A DNA stretch of 64,000 bases from Callorhinchus milii (lineage: Eukaryota), in assembly GCF_018977255.1 (NCBI RefSeq), contig NW_024704742.1, positions 96,102,001 to 96,166,000 on the forward strand. Direction: 5' to 3'. The position numbers were made by a program, and so were the translations under genes. The notes beneath the pieces were generated by a model that made no database searches, was not told the DNA's origin, and saw nothing but the letters and a program-made list of their open reading frames with translations. Positions 12,876 through 25,437 of this stretch are shown here, in pieces; the first letter of the stretch is position 1; each line of letters opens with the position of its first letter.

Positions 12876-13114
12876 GGGGAAAAATTCCACCTGGGCTCAA
12901 ACTTGTTTGATTTATGTATCATTTTAGAGTGTCCAGAATTGGAAACATTTGTTAATACAGCCTTAATTTTGAAGCTGGTTTCCTGTAAGTTGTCTTAAGA
13001 AATACAGAAAAACAGCCTCGAAGCTGAGATCAAATTCAACAATTAGGCAAATTGTGGATGCTCTAAAATGTTAAATAATTTGAGTGAATCTAGACCCAGG
13101 CAGCATTTCTCCCC
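12876..13114. mobile_element. ~240-bp palindromic MITE-like element
   Basis: Termini GGGGAAAAATTCCACCTGGG / CCCAGGCAGCATTTCTCCCC; inner arms CATTTTAGAGTGTCCAGAATT / AATTGTGGATGCTCTAAAATG. A second copy lies at 43777-45311 in the opposite orientation. Confidence 0.75.
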
Positions 13115-13939
13115 ACAAGATGTTTGTTTAATAAAGAGATAGATGGAGCTATGAGTAAACAGTAGAGGCGATATTCTGGGAAAAAATAAGTTCCAACTAG
13201 TCAAAAGCCCCTCTTCATCCAAACTTCTTGTGATCTTGTGTTCCAATGCTTATGGATAAGACCCTTGTGTCTGCGCTTATTCAACCTAGAGGACTCATGT
13301 TTTAAGGTTCCATAGTGACCTGTTGCTAACAAAACAAGATTTAATCTGGAGGATAGTCTCTGATATTATTATTATGGATTCAAGAAGAATAGCACAGTGG
13401 AGGCAGAGGGCTGCTGCCATGTGTAAGTGAAGTTGGATATATTTACTTAGAAAACATAGCTTGTGCAATAAGCTGGTTATGCCGTGTCCTTTCACATTAT
13501 TGGATAAGTGATACTTAAGCTGTATAATGCCAGTAAACAATGCCTTGACAGCAAATATTCTCTTTGAGGTTTCCTAGCCATCTTGTGCATGCAGGTATTA
13601 TGCTAAATACAGTGATACATTGCATATAGGATAATGATTAGGTACTGAGGGATGATAGGGCAGTAACACAATCAAGGGATCAGGTGAAATCGTAAAATGT
13701 GACAGCAAAGGCTGAGCTGCTTGTAGAATTCATCCAAAGGCTGGGATTGTTCCAGTGTTTTCAACCGAAAATGTTATTCGGTTTTATAATGATATAGAAT
13801 TTCAGTTTGTATCTGTGGCAGTGAAGGATCCTAATGAAAGTCGATGTGCAGCACCTCCTCAGATCCATCTCTGTGTGAACATTATTCCTCCCTTGAATGA
13901 CATCAATGCAAATCCACAGGGGGATTTGTACGCTCCTAG

Positions 13940-14056
13940 CATCATGTCACCCCACTTTGCGGCAATTGTTTCTGATAATTCATGTTATTATGACTAAATA
14001 CAGTCACCCCATCATGTCACCCCACTTTGTGGCATTTGTTTTCAATAATTCATGTT
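13940..14056. repeat. 47-bp near-tandem duplication (period 70)
   Basis: 13940-13986 versus 14010-14056 differ at 5 positions. Confidence 0.9.
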
Positions 14057-16049
14057 TTCCAGTGAGGTCGCTATTGCACCCATACCACTGTGAGACGATT
14101 GTGAGCAGATGTCAGCCATGTCGGATGTCATGGAGGGAATGGTAAACTAGAGAGCCTATTCACTTAGCGGCACTTGCTCACCTCCTGGTGGGTAGCTATA
14201 GGGCAACACTGAGGATCGTATATGGCAAGGGTGGCACCTGCTGGGAAGATGAGTGACATTTTTGCATGGGTGTAATATTTTACATTATCTCCCCAAAGTA
14301 TACTCTCACACACCTCACCTTCACGAGAATGACTGGATAACTGCGCCCACCTTATTAGCTCGGTCAGTTACCCTTGATTGTGTTACTGCCCTATCATCCC
14401 TCAGTACTTAACAGAAACAAATGGAGCACAAAATGGCACTGCATATCTCAAAGGTTCATTCCTATGCAAATGTTATTCTACAAATATAAAACAGTTTCGC
14501 GAAGTACCACATTGAAAAGCCCTTTGCTATCCAATGTTGGCCTATTTAAAAATGGCATGCATTACAAAATGGAATATTGTATTATGGGATTTATTGCAGT
14601 TGTTGTAAGACATGTAAATCATGAAATAAAGCCAAAACTTGCGCAATATCTTCTATAGCAAATTTGTAATCTCCATCCTTTAATATTATGCACCCATATT
14701 GCTTTTCCACCAGAATGTTTCCTAGGTGAAGTAAGTACAGAAGTAATTTAGTCCAATGCTCCGATCTTCCACTCCTTGTATTGACTCAGTTTACATTTAT
14801 CACTAGCTTTGGGTTAAGACCGTTTTTTCAAATCACAGCGACTGGCAGTGAAAAAACAAAACAGGATAATTTTATGCAGAGCACAGTTAACCCAGTTACG
14901 CCCCGCAATTGAAGAAATTGTTGACACAAACCAGCCTTGACGTTAAGACTTAACGCTGGCACAAAATCAACCACCACAGAAATCCTGAAGTGAACACAGA
15001 TTGTACCAGAGAAGAGAGAGAGGAAAATTGCTTAGTGTCAGAATAAATATCATTGGCACTGCCATGCCAAGGGGATAATCCAGCTCACTGTTGCTGTCAG
15101 CTCACCTGTACAGCTTGCTTAATTAAACAAATCTGTTACACTCTATCTCCATAAAGCCATCAAATGTCAGCAGATATATTGCAGTGTATAAAACAACAGA
15201 TGGTCGGAGATGGATTACTAAGGTGTATGAGGTTCTTTGTTGGCTTCCACCTCTTGGGAGTCGATTCAGCTCTCCAATGCGTAACCCAAACATCCGTTAC
15301 AGTATATTCATGCAGAAATTCTAGAGAAATAGAGTTTTTTTCTGGCAATCTGAACAGATAACTCTTGCCTGTATGACTTCAAACGATTATCTTTTATTGA
15401 CTTCTTAATCCTTATCGATCAAGATCTGGCAGGCTGAGTATTATTAAATATATCTTTATGTCAACAGACAGAACAAGTATATTGCAAGCATTAATATATT
15501 AATGACCGCTGCATGGTATTGCGGTGATATTAATTTTTAATGATATCTAGTCATATTGTCTAAGGAAGCTGACCAGATTAGAGGGGTTGATTGCATAGTG
15601 GAACAGTCTACAATTCAGTATTTCCAAGGTTGTTCTTGCACCTGTCGATAGGTTATATTTGTCTACTCCAAATCCAAAGTGCACCATCATTCCATCGACA
15701 CAATGTGCAGTGATTATCCAATGCTCCTATTAATATGTAATTAATCTAAATATTGGCAATGTGTTTTCAGATTTCATGGTTGCTTAGCTTAACGACAATT
15801 AGATGCAGTGCTTCCCCTGGCAGACTCATTTTAATGAAGGTAGCCTTGTAAATGTGACAGTGTATGTTTGGGTGGAGTTCATGCAGTTTTATTTGTCCTG
15901 TAATATAATCCCACTGGGATGTGTGTTGCATCTGTGGTCACAGACGTTATGTTCAGATCCAATCAAACAAGTCCCTGCTGAAGGTCTTACTAGAAGTTGG
16001 CACATTTCCTCATTGTCTGGTTAGTGATGGGGAAGCAGTCACTGATGGT

Positions 16050-16660
16050 CTGTTTTATTTTGGTCAGGCAGGTGTCTGACACATGCAGAAACCCATCACC
16101 ATGCTTAAAAGTATTCAAACCAAGCTGAGATTTCCATGCATTCTACCTACTCATGGAAATCCCAGAGATAGATTGTTAGCATGGAATGCACACTCTCTCC
16201 CTGGAGAGACGCATCCTGCTTACCTAACTCCGGAAAGTAGTAGGCGCAGGTTGGCAAGAGCTGTCTTAGAGCCAAGGCTTGGGGACCTCAGAGTGTGTAT
16301 TGGGGTACTGCTGGAGTCTAACAAGCTAAAACTGTAGAGCTTGTCATTGATATTGCTGTCCAGCAAGATTTCCTGCTACTTGTTCAGCTAGGACCACCCT
16401 ATCCATTAGGGCATTGGCTTGCAGGGTTAACAGGAGCTGAGTGGGATGACTCCCTGCCCCCAGTGACTGGTCTGCCCTTTCAAGTCCTGCCGATGAGGCT
16501 GGCTGTGCTATCATCAGGAACCGGACTACCGAGACCACCACAGAGGGCCGGCTCGATTCTGACATTCCATTGCCAAGCATGTCACCTTGGAGCCAGTTCA
16601 GCTCCAAGGAGACCCTGCTTACCTCACTCCCAAGGAGGATGGTGTGGTTGGGATGGGGAT
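16050..16660 (-). mobile_element. 3' ~600 bp of the RTE/RTEX-like LINE family
   Basis: Colinear with 27635-28170 (AACCCATCACCAT, GCTTGGGGACC, GCTAGGACCACC, CCCAGTGACTGGTCTGC, TGACATTCCATTGCCAA). Confidence 0.85.
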
Positions 16661-17121
16661 TCCTGGCAGTTGAGTGGTGGAGTTTTTCTCTAGTCTATGA
16701 CAGCTCAGTAGCAGATTATGTGCTTCATCTCTGAAGTAACTAGCTCCATGTAAACCAGACCGTTCACATCTCCCAATTTGTTTGAGATCCTACACCATCT
16801 TTGTAAAGTGCTGTGAGACGTTCTCCTATATGAACGGCAATGGAGATTGTAAGTAGTATTTGCCATTCTTTTTGCAAACATGGCAAATTAGACCCCATTG
16901 CCTCTGGCTGGAGAGGGAAATAACCATTAGAGACCCATCTCCTTTTTGCTGTCTAATCTCCCCCACTTATTGGTCATACGTGTCTGTAAGTGTCAGGTTG
17001 TGCTTGACAATAATACCTTCAATGGTCCGCTGTTCCATTAGCTTTCACTGTCTGTGAGAAAAATGACCACTTAAGTGAGACAGACGAGCCTCTATCACAT
17101 GTAGAGCCAAAATTCAGCATT

Positions 17122-17431
17122 GTGGAGACCTGTAGCTCAGTGGTTAGAGCACCCGTGTCGTAGCAAGAGACCTGTGTTCGATTCCCGTTAGGGTAAAACC
17201 TTGGGCAAGTTTCCTTACTCCACATGTATGATAATAATCCCTCAAGAAAAAAAAATACAATAATAAATTGGTCACTTCAATCTACGACTGTTTGTGGGAC
17301 ACTGCTGTGCGCAATTGGCTGCCGGGTTTCGCCCACAAATATACAGTCAATTCACTTTACAGTATAATCTGTGAAGCACTTTCAGACGTCTAGTGAAAAG
17401 CGTTATATCAAATGCAAGGATTATTATTATT
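17122..17431 (+). mobile_element. SINE family A, full length (~310 bp)
   Basis: GTGGAGACCTGTAGCTCAGTGGTTAGAGC (A box), GTTCGATTCCC (B box), AAACCTTGGGCAAGTTTCCTTACTCCAC, Deu-type 3' part and AAATGCAAGGA(TTA)n. Confidence 0.92.
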
Positions 17432-17620
17432 AATCTCCAAATAACAGAAGAAATATGAAGCGGAAATTAAACTGGAAGTGCGACCGTTAATTCTACAGTT
17501 TAGGAGGCTGGAATACTGCGGCTGGAATACTTTGTTTGGGTGGTAATGGTGGGGGGGGAGGCCGTCAAGAGAGATCAGTGTTGGAACATGGGGCTCTCTC
17601 CTTCTCTGATCACAAGAGGT

Positions 17621-17830
17621 AATATAATAATAATTATCCTTGCATTTGATATAGCGCTTTTCACGTCTTCTAGACGTTCCAAAGCGCTTCACAGAATATA
17701 CTGTAAAGTGAATTGACTGTATATTTGTGGGCGAACGCGGCAGCCAATTGCGCACAGCAATGTCCCACAAACAGTCATGGATTGAAAATGACCAATTTAT
17801 TATTGTTTTGTTTTTTGGAGGGATTATCAT
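17621..17830 (-). mobile_element. SINE family A, 5'-truncated
   Basis: Reverse complement of 17230-17431, forming a tail-to-tail inverted pair about 190 bp away. Confidence 0.9.
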
Positions 17831-18957
17831 GCATGCTAAGATACAAGTCTGTACATTTTACGTTTCAAACTCATGACTTCCTTAATATCGGAAACTGATC
17901 TAAATTGCTGCCTGACTAAACTGGCCATGATTCAGGAGCAGTTGTTGTACACATTGGGATTGGCCTGTAGTGAGTAGGAGGCGATGGCCTTGTTTAGTGA
18001 GTGAGTTAAAGTAATTGTGAGCTCTTTTGAGGCATAGTTATCTTTTCAAACAGTATCTTCTTTGCAAGAATCTTGTAAACACCTTCAGAAATGCGACCTT
18101 TGGCTTAAAATATGTGCAGCTATCTGTCTTTCTCCATTTTCCTTGCTATGGGTCAGTGGTTTCCATGGTAATAAAGCCTGTATTCTGTGTGGATGAATAT
18201 AGGTTACTAAGTAAACTCAAAACCCACAACAGCAGCCCTGTGTGCCATGCATGTGTGTGTACGGAGGTGGAGGGAGAAACATTTGGACATTTGCTCTGTT
18301 TGTGCACACCAGGTTACAAATTCATTGATTTTGTCTAACTGCTATTGTGTCGCATTTGGTAAGTTTTACGTATTTGTCCTTGTATGTTTAGAAAAGGGAA
18401 ATGAAAATTGCAATGTTTCTGAACAGATTCTCAATGTATTATCAAATCTCGTGTCTTCATTCACCATACAAATAACCTGCACTCCCCCATTCCTCCCACC
18501 TTATTTAGGTTCTCACAACATCCATAGAAACTGCTTTGACATGTTATCCTATGTGAAAGATGCAATACATAGGCCAGGCCTGTTATGACTTGTTTTTTTT
18601 GTAGCGTGAATTCAGCTATAACAAGAGTGCCCTGTGGAATTCCACTCCCACAAGTAAATGCACAAAGCAGGAAGTGACATTGCAATGACCTGATGACCCA
18701 ATCATCCCATTTTAGTTTTCCGTTTTTAGTTTTTTGTTTTTTGTTTAGCACAGGGACTAACCAGTGTGCAGGGAGTGAGACAGCCAGCTGTATGCAAGTG
18801 CAGTGAAACCATGGCTCATTAGCATGCACGGTGGGGTTTTATGGATCCCATCCACCGTGTTATAACTAGACTTCACTGTAAGTGCAAGTTGTTGTTATCA
18901 AGAAACATTGTGTTTTCCAGTTGATAAATAAAGAGGACATCTTGGAAGTGTTGCCCC

Positions 18958-19226
18958 CCCACATCTGACTTCAGCACAATGGTCGGGCCTGAGCTGGTCT
19001 GAAGATTCCAGTGCTGCCTTTATTGTCACTAAACCCAATAGTGGCCGCCATGTTGCCGTTTCATTGTCACTTCATGGGATACCATCTTAATTCAGTCTGG
19101 GTTAAGCCAATATCCCATGAAGTGACACTGAAACTCTGCAGTCAGCAACGATAAAACTGGCTTCAAAAAAGGTGACACTGAAATCTTCAAGCAGATTTCA
19201 GGATCAACTGCTGTGCAAAAAGTGGG
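18958..19226. repeat. foldback element with near-perfect central hairpin
   Basis: 19058-19081 and 19111-19134 are reverse complements with one mismatch. Outer arms lie at 18999-19021 and 19168-19189. Confidence 0.8.
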
Positions 19227-19261
19227 AAGGGAGGGGAGTGGAGATCATCACATTGAATCTG

Positions 19262-19505
19262 TTTAATGCCTGTTCATGTGGATGTTAAAGATCCCATGGC
19301 ACTATCTGAAAAGAGCAATGTCCCGGCCAACAATCCCCCAGATAAAGTTGGTCTATTCACTTTATGGCTGATTGTGTGACATTGTGCAAATTGGCTGCCA
19401 TATTTACGTACAAACACACAGTCACTGCACTCCACAATAAAATTATGTGAAGCACTTTCATACATTTTGATGACATGATGAGGTTTTACATCCAATACAA
19501 GGTTT
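19262..19505 (+). mobile_element. Deu-domain SINE, 3' half
   Basis: GTGGATGTTAAAGATCCCATGGCACTAT..GTCCCGGCCAAC..AAATTGGCTGCC, followed by the tail. Confidence 0.8.
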
Positions 19506-20182
19506 ATTCTTATATTGTACTTTGCACCCCAATATTGCAATTATAAACTTACCATTTCATTTTACATTCATAATGGAAAGCTATTTCTAAGTTAAATTTG
19601 CTGTATTGTGATCTGTAGACACAGAATTGTAACACTTCTCATGTTGCCTGCTTGAGATCCCGTAACATATCATATCCTGGGGCTCGAACATAAAATCTTC
19701 ACAGTTTGTGTGACTCAGCCACTCAATGAATAAAAGCACTGAGCCTTTGGAAGGGTGCTGCTCTTCCATTTAACCTTCTAACTGGCGTGCTTCAGCAAGC
19801 TGGGATTGGCAAGAATAGACACTAACAGTGTTCCCTCCCTCCCTAAATTGTATCTGTGAGAACTTCTCACCAAACCTGCTGATCTTGACCTCCTGCAGTA
19901 GAGTAGCCACTGTCTGACAGGCGTTTTGAAACATTAACACCAGAGGTTGCTCAGCATCAGCACAAGAAGTTTATGTTTAATAATCCTTGCATTTACATTT
20001 TTTGATTTAGCGCCTTATCACATCATCGTGATGTCTCAAAGTGCTTCACAGTATATATTGTAAAGTGGATTGATTGTGTATTTCGGGGGTGAAACGTTTT
20101 GCCTGAACATTAGGAGTTGGTCTCACACTTTGGGAACCTTTGTTCTGCCAGGGAGCTGGAAAAGGGCTAAAACCATATGTTG

Positions 20183-20480
20183 GGGGCAGCTCTAATGGTG
20201 GAGAGGATAGAGCTACAATTTACGGACCAGGCGCTCAATAGTTTAAATCCCAATCCGACCTGAGTTTATTGTTCTCAGTGGGGTACACGGGGAGGCCTGA
20301 GGTTAGGGAAGGGGAAAACAGTCAGGGTTCCTGTTCCTGGTTTCTCTTCAACAGTGTCTACTAGTTGTGCATATGTGGGGCACCAGGGTGGGGAGAGGTC
20401 AGACTCAGCTGTGACCCTCTCTAATACTGACAGTCAAATGGCCTACCAACACTAACTACCAAGGTTTATACAAACGGAGC
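20183..20480 (+). mobile_element. LF-SINE/UCON3-like old SINE
   Basis: GGGAAGGGGAAAACAGTCAGGGTTCCTGTTCCTG..TGTGCATATGTGG..CTCAGCTGTGA, shared with 30400-30660 (-) and 49120-49480 (+). The family name is from recall. Confidence 0.55.
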
Positions 20481-21352
20481 TCAGGCAGCCAGTACCCAAA
20501 GAATAATTACCCTGCAAGAGGAGGCCAGACCAGGAGCAGAGAGCTTTTGCCATTGGGGTGAAAATTAGAAAAATAATTGGATGTGCTATTTTTATATAAA
20601 AAGCATATCTTGCTGACTGCATTCAAACTAATATGATGTGTCATTCCACAGAATCTAGCCTGTAGATAGTGCCCGAAAACCAGCCGAATGTCTGAATTAA
20701 TTGTGTTAAGAAAACTGCTGACATTACTGACAGGGGTGGTTGAACAATAAATTGCAAGACAAAGAAACATTCATCTCGAATAAATAACATTCAAATAAAA
20801 TGCAAAAGAAATCACAGGATTGATATCACGCCTGCTGGTAATTCCCTCCCCTCCCTTTTCCTGGGTTGAAAGCTGTGTGATTGACACTTGACAGACGTAT
20901 CAGTTGTTCACAATTTTCCATCTAGGTTTAAAAAGGAGTAAAGCTTTAAGCCCAGTGGAATTAAAAAAAAGGCCAATTATTGGCATACAGACTCAGTGAA
21001 TTTTTGACAAGCAGCAATTACTAAACTGTAAAGTGGCGCATGCAGCTCTGCGTAAACTGTACCTTAAATAAACAACTGGAGAGAGAATCAAGAGCATTGC
21101 TTTTTTAAGGATTTTACAATAGCCAGTACAAAAGACAGCACGGACTACGAAAAGAGGAAGAATGAGGATTAGATCCTACCTGAAAATACCTTTACAAGTA
21201 CCAAGTATCCCACCAGACCTACTGAAGAATAATATATAAGGAGGTTCAAGTACTACGGGAGACACTAATAGTGGTATGTAACAAATGGTCCATTTAGTAA
21301 CAAATGGATATTTAATAGTTTCGTTGCAACTTTGCCTGAGCATTGTTGAGTT

Positions 21353-21445
21353 TATAGAATTAGAATCATAGAACCTTTGAAATGTATTGCATAGAAGAAG
21401 GCCATTTGGCCCATAGTAGTGCCTGTGTTGGCTCCTTGATGGTAC
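21353..21445 (-). mobile_element. CR1 3' terminal fragment
   Basis: ATAGAATTAGAATCATAGAA..AGAAGAAGGCCATTTGGCCCAT. Confidence 0.7.
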
Positions 21446-24114
21446 AATTTATTCAGTTGATCGATGTATTGAACAATCCATTTGGCTTTCATTTTAAGTG
21501 ACAAAGTCCTTCCAAATATATAAGATAATTTCTCTGGCATCAAGGCACCATGTTCTATTGTAACATGATTTTGGATGGGAAGGGGTTGTACTCTGAGACC
21601 AGACAGATGCCCTTTTGCAATCCTGTACATTCCTATATTGCTGTATACTGAATTCAAGGTTCAACTATTGACCAGACCTGGAAGGCTTCCACAAAAGTAT
21701 GTACAGTCAGTTATATTCACTACAACAATCTGAAGCTGTAATCTTTGATGCTCAGAGAAAGACCTTCTACAGCAGTGTCCAATTCTCTGGACATTCTCAG
21801 TTCGTTGTCAGGGTTGTCTGAATACAATAACTGAGGGTAAGGTTGGCTGTTTGGGAATTATGGCCATCTGAAACTAGGACTACCCTCACCCACAAAACAC
21901 ACAATCACTCCACTTTACAGTATATCTGGTGAAGTGCTTCGAGATATGCGCTCAACATGAAAGGTGCTATACCAAATGTAAGGATTATGATTATTGGATA
22001 TATACACAATACACATATAAACAAGCTCCAGTAAATGACCACAAACATTTCAAGAATTGAAATAACACACTTGTGATAGCACTGTTGCCATCAGTCTAAA
22101 ATAAAAGTCAATACTGTTCTTTAAAGTCTACTTTCCTCTTGTGTAAGAAAATCTGCCAAAAGATATTTCAGAGTCTGAAAGTTCTTTCTAATGTTTCTAG
22201 GAGTGGGGCTACCTTCCCATCTGAGAACTATGAGTTTTGATGGTTGTTGTTCAGGCATTTTCAAAGCTTTTGTATGTTTTTGTGTCAAAACAGACAATCT
22301 GGTCTTGAGTGTAAGCAGACAAGTTGGCTTGTTCTGAAAACACATCTTGTTAAAAATGGTCTCTTACCAAAGGTACCTGTGTGTATGAAGAATAAGTAAA
22401 ATCCTCTGCATTTTCAAGGTGTAGTAAATGTGAACTATTCTTTGTGGATATAGTGCCTAAGCAGAGGAAAATCTGATAAAGAGATCCTGCATCATCTGGC
22501 AGAGAAATGACCTTTGACTAAGACAGAGATATTTATTGCTGAAAGCACAAATAGCAAAAACTGAAAAAAGCATTTTACTTAAAGGGACATTTTCCCTATC
22601 TTACCTGCTGTGCAATCTGCCACGTTGTTCTGTTCCGCAGTGGCCTATAGCCGGCTTATTACCAACATATGCCTGCCGTAAATCATGTTTGGGCTTAAAA
22701 CTATGCAAAATCAAAGAATTTATAAATGAATGGTGAAATGAACTCCACCCATTAATTCAGTCCAATCAAGGTTTTTTTTGTGATAATATGGATTTTTGTT
22801 ATGCCACAAAAGAAGGCCTAAAGGAAATTTCTAGGATCTCAAAATGGGTTTCAATATCGGTTTTCAGATAGGTTGCGTTATTTTACTCTCCAACTTCCAT
22901 CATTAACTCTACAAATGTTAACGTAGAATTACCCAAAACAATGGGTAAAGTAAATCCATCTAACTCTAAAGAGGAATTTGACAAGTATTTGAAATTGAGA
23001 GAAAACTAAGAGAGTATGGGGAAAAGGCAATGAGTGGGACTTTGCAGAAAGCTCTTTCTGTGATCCGGTTGTCTATTTTTGTAGCTGAACAGTAAATTGG
23101 CACATGTAAAATGGGCTGAATGATATTCAGTGTGGAAACAATTTATGATTCTATAAATTTTAATATAACCTTTGCTGGGAGCTGATGTTTTCTCTAAGAG
23201 GCATGCATTCCATGAGTGAACTGCTGCAGTTACCATGAAAGCCTGTTCTTATGGGATGCTTGCTCAAGTTATATCTCCCTCCATAACGGGGCGGTCTCTC
23301 TCACAGCTTCTGATCTAATGGGAAACTGACCCAACGAAATATAAAAAAGGTGACAGTGCCATTGGGGCCAAACACGCACTGTTTTCTAATGCTAACAAAC
23401 TTTTCATGCTGCTTTTATCTCCCCTAACCTTTTTGCCTTAGGGCTCCCTATTCGTAGCTAAATTAGTGAGGGACTTGCTCCCAAACCAGTGTTAATTCCA
23501 GTGTTGGTCTGGTTGCTAGGCAGTTTATAGTAGTGGACTGCGCCAAGGTGATGCAGCTTATAATCTTTTCAGTCTAGGGAATTGCAGGCCCTCTGTCGGA
23601 CAGCTTGACTTAAGCTGGGAACTTGATGTCTGGGGAATCCCAATGCACTACTCAAGGCAAACTGAGTCTGATTGACAGGCAGCTCAGCAGAATGAGCTGC
23701 AGGCTTTCTGGTTGGGAGTCAAGCACCTAATTACTGTGGATATATATCGGTTTCTGATCAATAGCTGCTGCAAATCCATGTAAATGGAACTGTTTCTATG
23801 ACCCCACCAGCCACTGGAAATGTAAACGCTCCATGTGAAGGGCAACATACAAATAAATGCAAGTTGTAATATTTCCAGGCTGTCCACTTCTTTTACCTGT
23901 TTGGCTGTTGAAATGATTATTTAAAGCATTTCATTTGTGTTTTAAAGATTTATTCTTATTTATCCAAAGCATTGGGGATTATTAGATCATTGTTAAACCA
24001 ACTGGTCAGTAAACCATAAATAACTTTATAAACCTGCAACACAGAAATGTACCACTTACCATTTGCAACATTGAGAATATTGGTAACAGAAAGTGCATCA
24101 CCCTGATCCAGAAG

Positions 24115-24320
24115 TGAAGATGTCCTAGCCAACAGTCCCTCAGATAAAATTGGTCATTCACTTCATAACAATTTATGGGGCATTGCTGTGTGTAAATAGG
24201 CTGTAAATAGGTTCACCTACAAAAATATACAGCAGCACAACTTTACACTATATCCTATGAAGCGCTTTGCGATTTCCTCCCGACATGAAAGGCGTTATCA
24301 AATATATGGATTGTTATCTT
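24115..24320 (+). mobile_element. Deu-domain SINE, 3' part
   Basis: GTCCTAGCCAAC..CAGATAAAATTGGTCATTCAC..GAAGCGCTTT..CATGAAAGGCG. Similar partial copies lie at 21840-21996 and 25110-25285. Confidence 0.75.
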
Positions 24321-25437
24321 ATTATTTCAGAACTCCAGAGCCCCAGACAAACACAATGTAAAATGTAATTAGTGGAGCATACAATTCATGTACAGGAGAA
24401 CACCATGTATTCGCACGACAACTTCTTCATGTCCAACAGAGTCAAGTCAAGCTGTGATGTCGGAAATTGAATGTGGAAATCAGCCTCCGTACTGGACGTT
24501 GAGAAACACGATTCCTCCAGAAACTGTCTGGCCTTGTTGTGCAAGTAAGCCCTTAATGCCACAAATTAACATAATTGGAAGGTGCTCTGAATAAAAACAA
24601 TTCTCATCTTCTGTCTGAGAGTAAGACTTTGTGTCAGTTTAATTGATGATGCAAGCGTGCTCCTATGCCTGCACTGTGAGTGTATGAGGGAAGATATCTG
24701 ATAACAGATGGGTTTCTGTGGTTCATGGTACACTGTGCTTATGCTGTAATCCAGGATCAGTCGTTTAATCCGTGGAGGTGGATTGAGTGGAACAGCTCCT
24801 GTTACACCTGCTGGCTCTTGACAGAGGTGACTCCATTGTTATCGTATTTTAGGTATATTGTGTGTGCACAGTATAGAGGGCATGTGAGTATCTACAAGTA
24901 CATATTCATAATCATACACCACATGCAGTCATGTACATGTCAGAGTTCCTTTGCATGTGTGTATGTCATTTACTGCCTGCACTTGTGTGTTCAGCAGCCT
25001 GATAGTACGTGAGTATTTGTGATATTTTCCTCCATGAAACTATATAGATGTAAATTGTTGTTGTCATAGAAGTTCATAATGTTCCACTTTGATTCCACCA
25101 TCCTCCTGATTGAATGTTGATCATTTATTTCATGGCTGGGATGTTGTTGTGTGCAAATTGGCTACCACGTTTGCCTACAAAATATACAGTCACTACACAT
25201 CACAGTGAACTCCTTTTAAGTGCTTTGCACTATCTTTATGACATAAGGCTCTACATTAAATGCCAGAATTATTTATTATTATTAATCATAATCCTTTCAT
25301 TATTAACAAGGGCAGAGCTTGATTGTTCCAAACAACTAAAGGGTGCTGTGATTCAGTGAAAGGTGTTACAAGGTACTTTACCAGGTCTGTAATTTGAGGA
25401 CAGGGCAATGATTTGATCATTAACATTGTGATGTTGT

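Noticed and set aside
13755..13997. ORF with vaguely cadherin-like words (VKDPNE, LNDIN)
   Set aside because: It lacks the DxD, LDRE and PxF spacing and splice sites, and runs into a local duplication.
15150..15361. Several overlapping open frames
   Set aside because: No recognisable protein and no convincing splice-site pair.
17122..17200. tRNA gene (also at 50250, 52760 and 12640)
   Set aside because: The A/B boxes are SINE heads continuous with SINE bodies, with no complete acceptor stem or terminator.
24388..24594. ORFs on both strands in a CpG-containing patch
   Set aside because: No homology recognised, and the other frames have stops.
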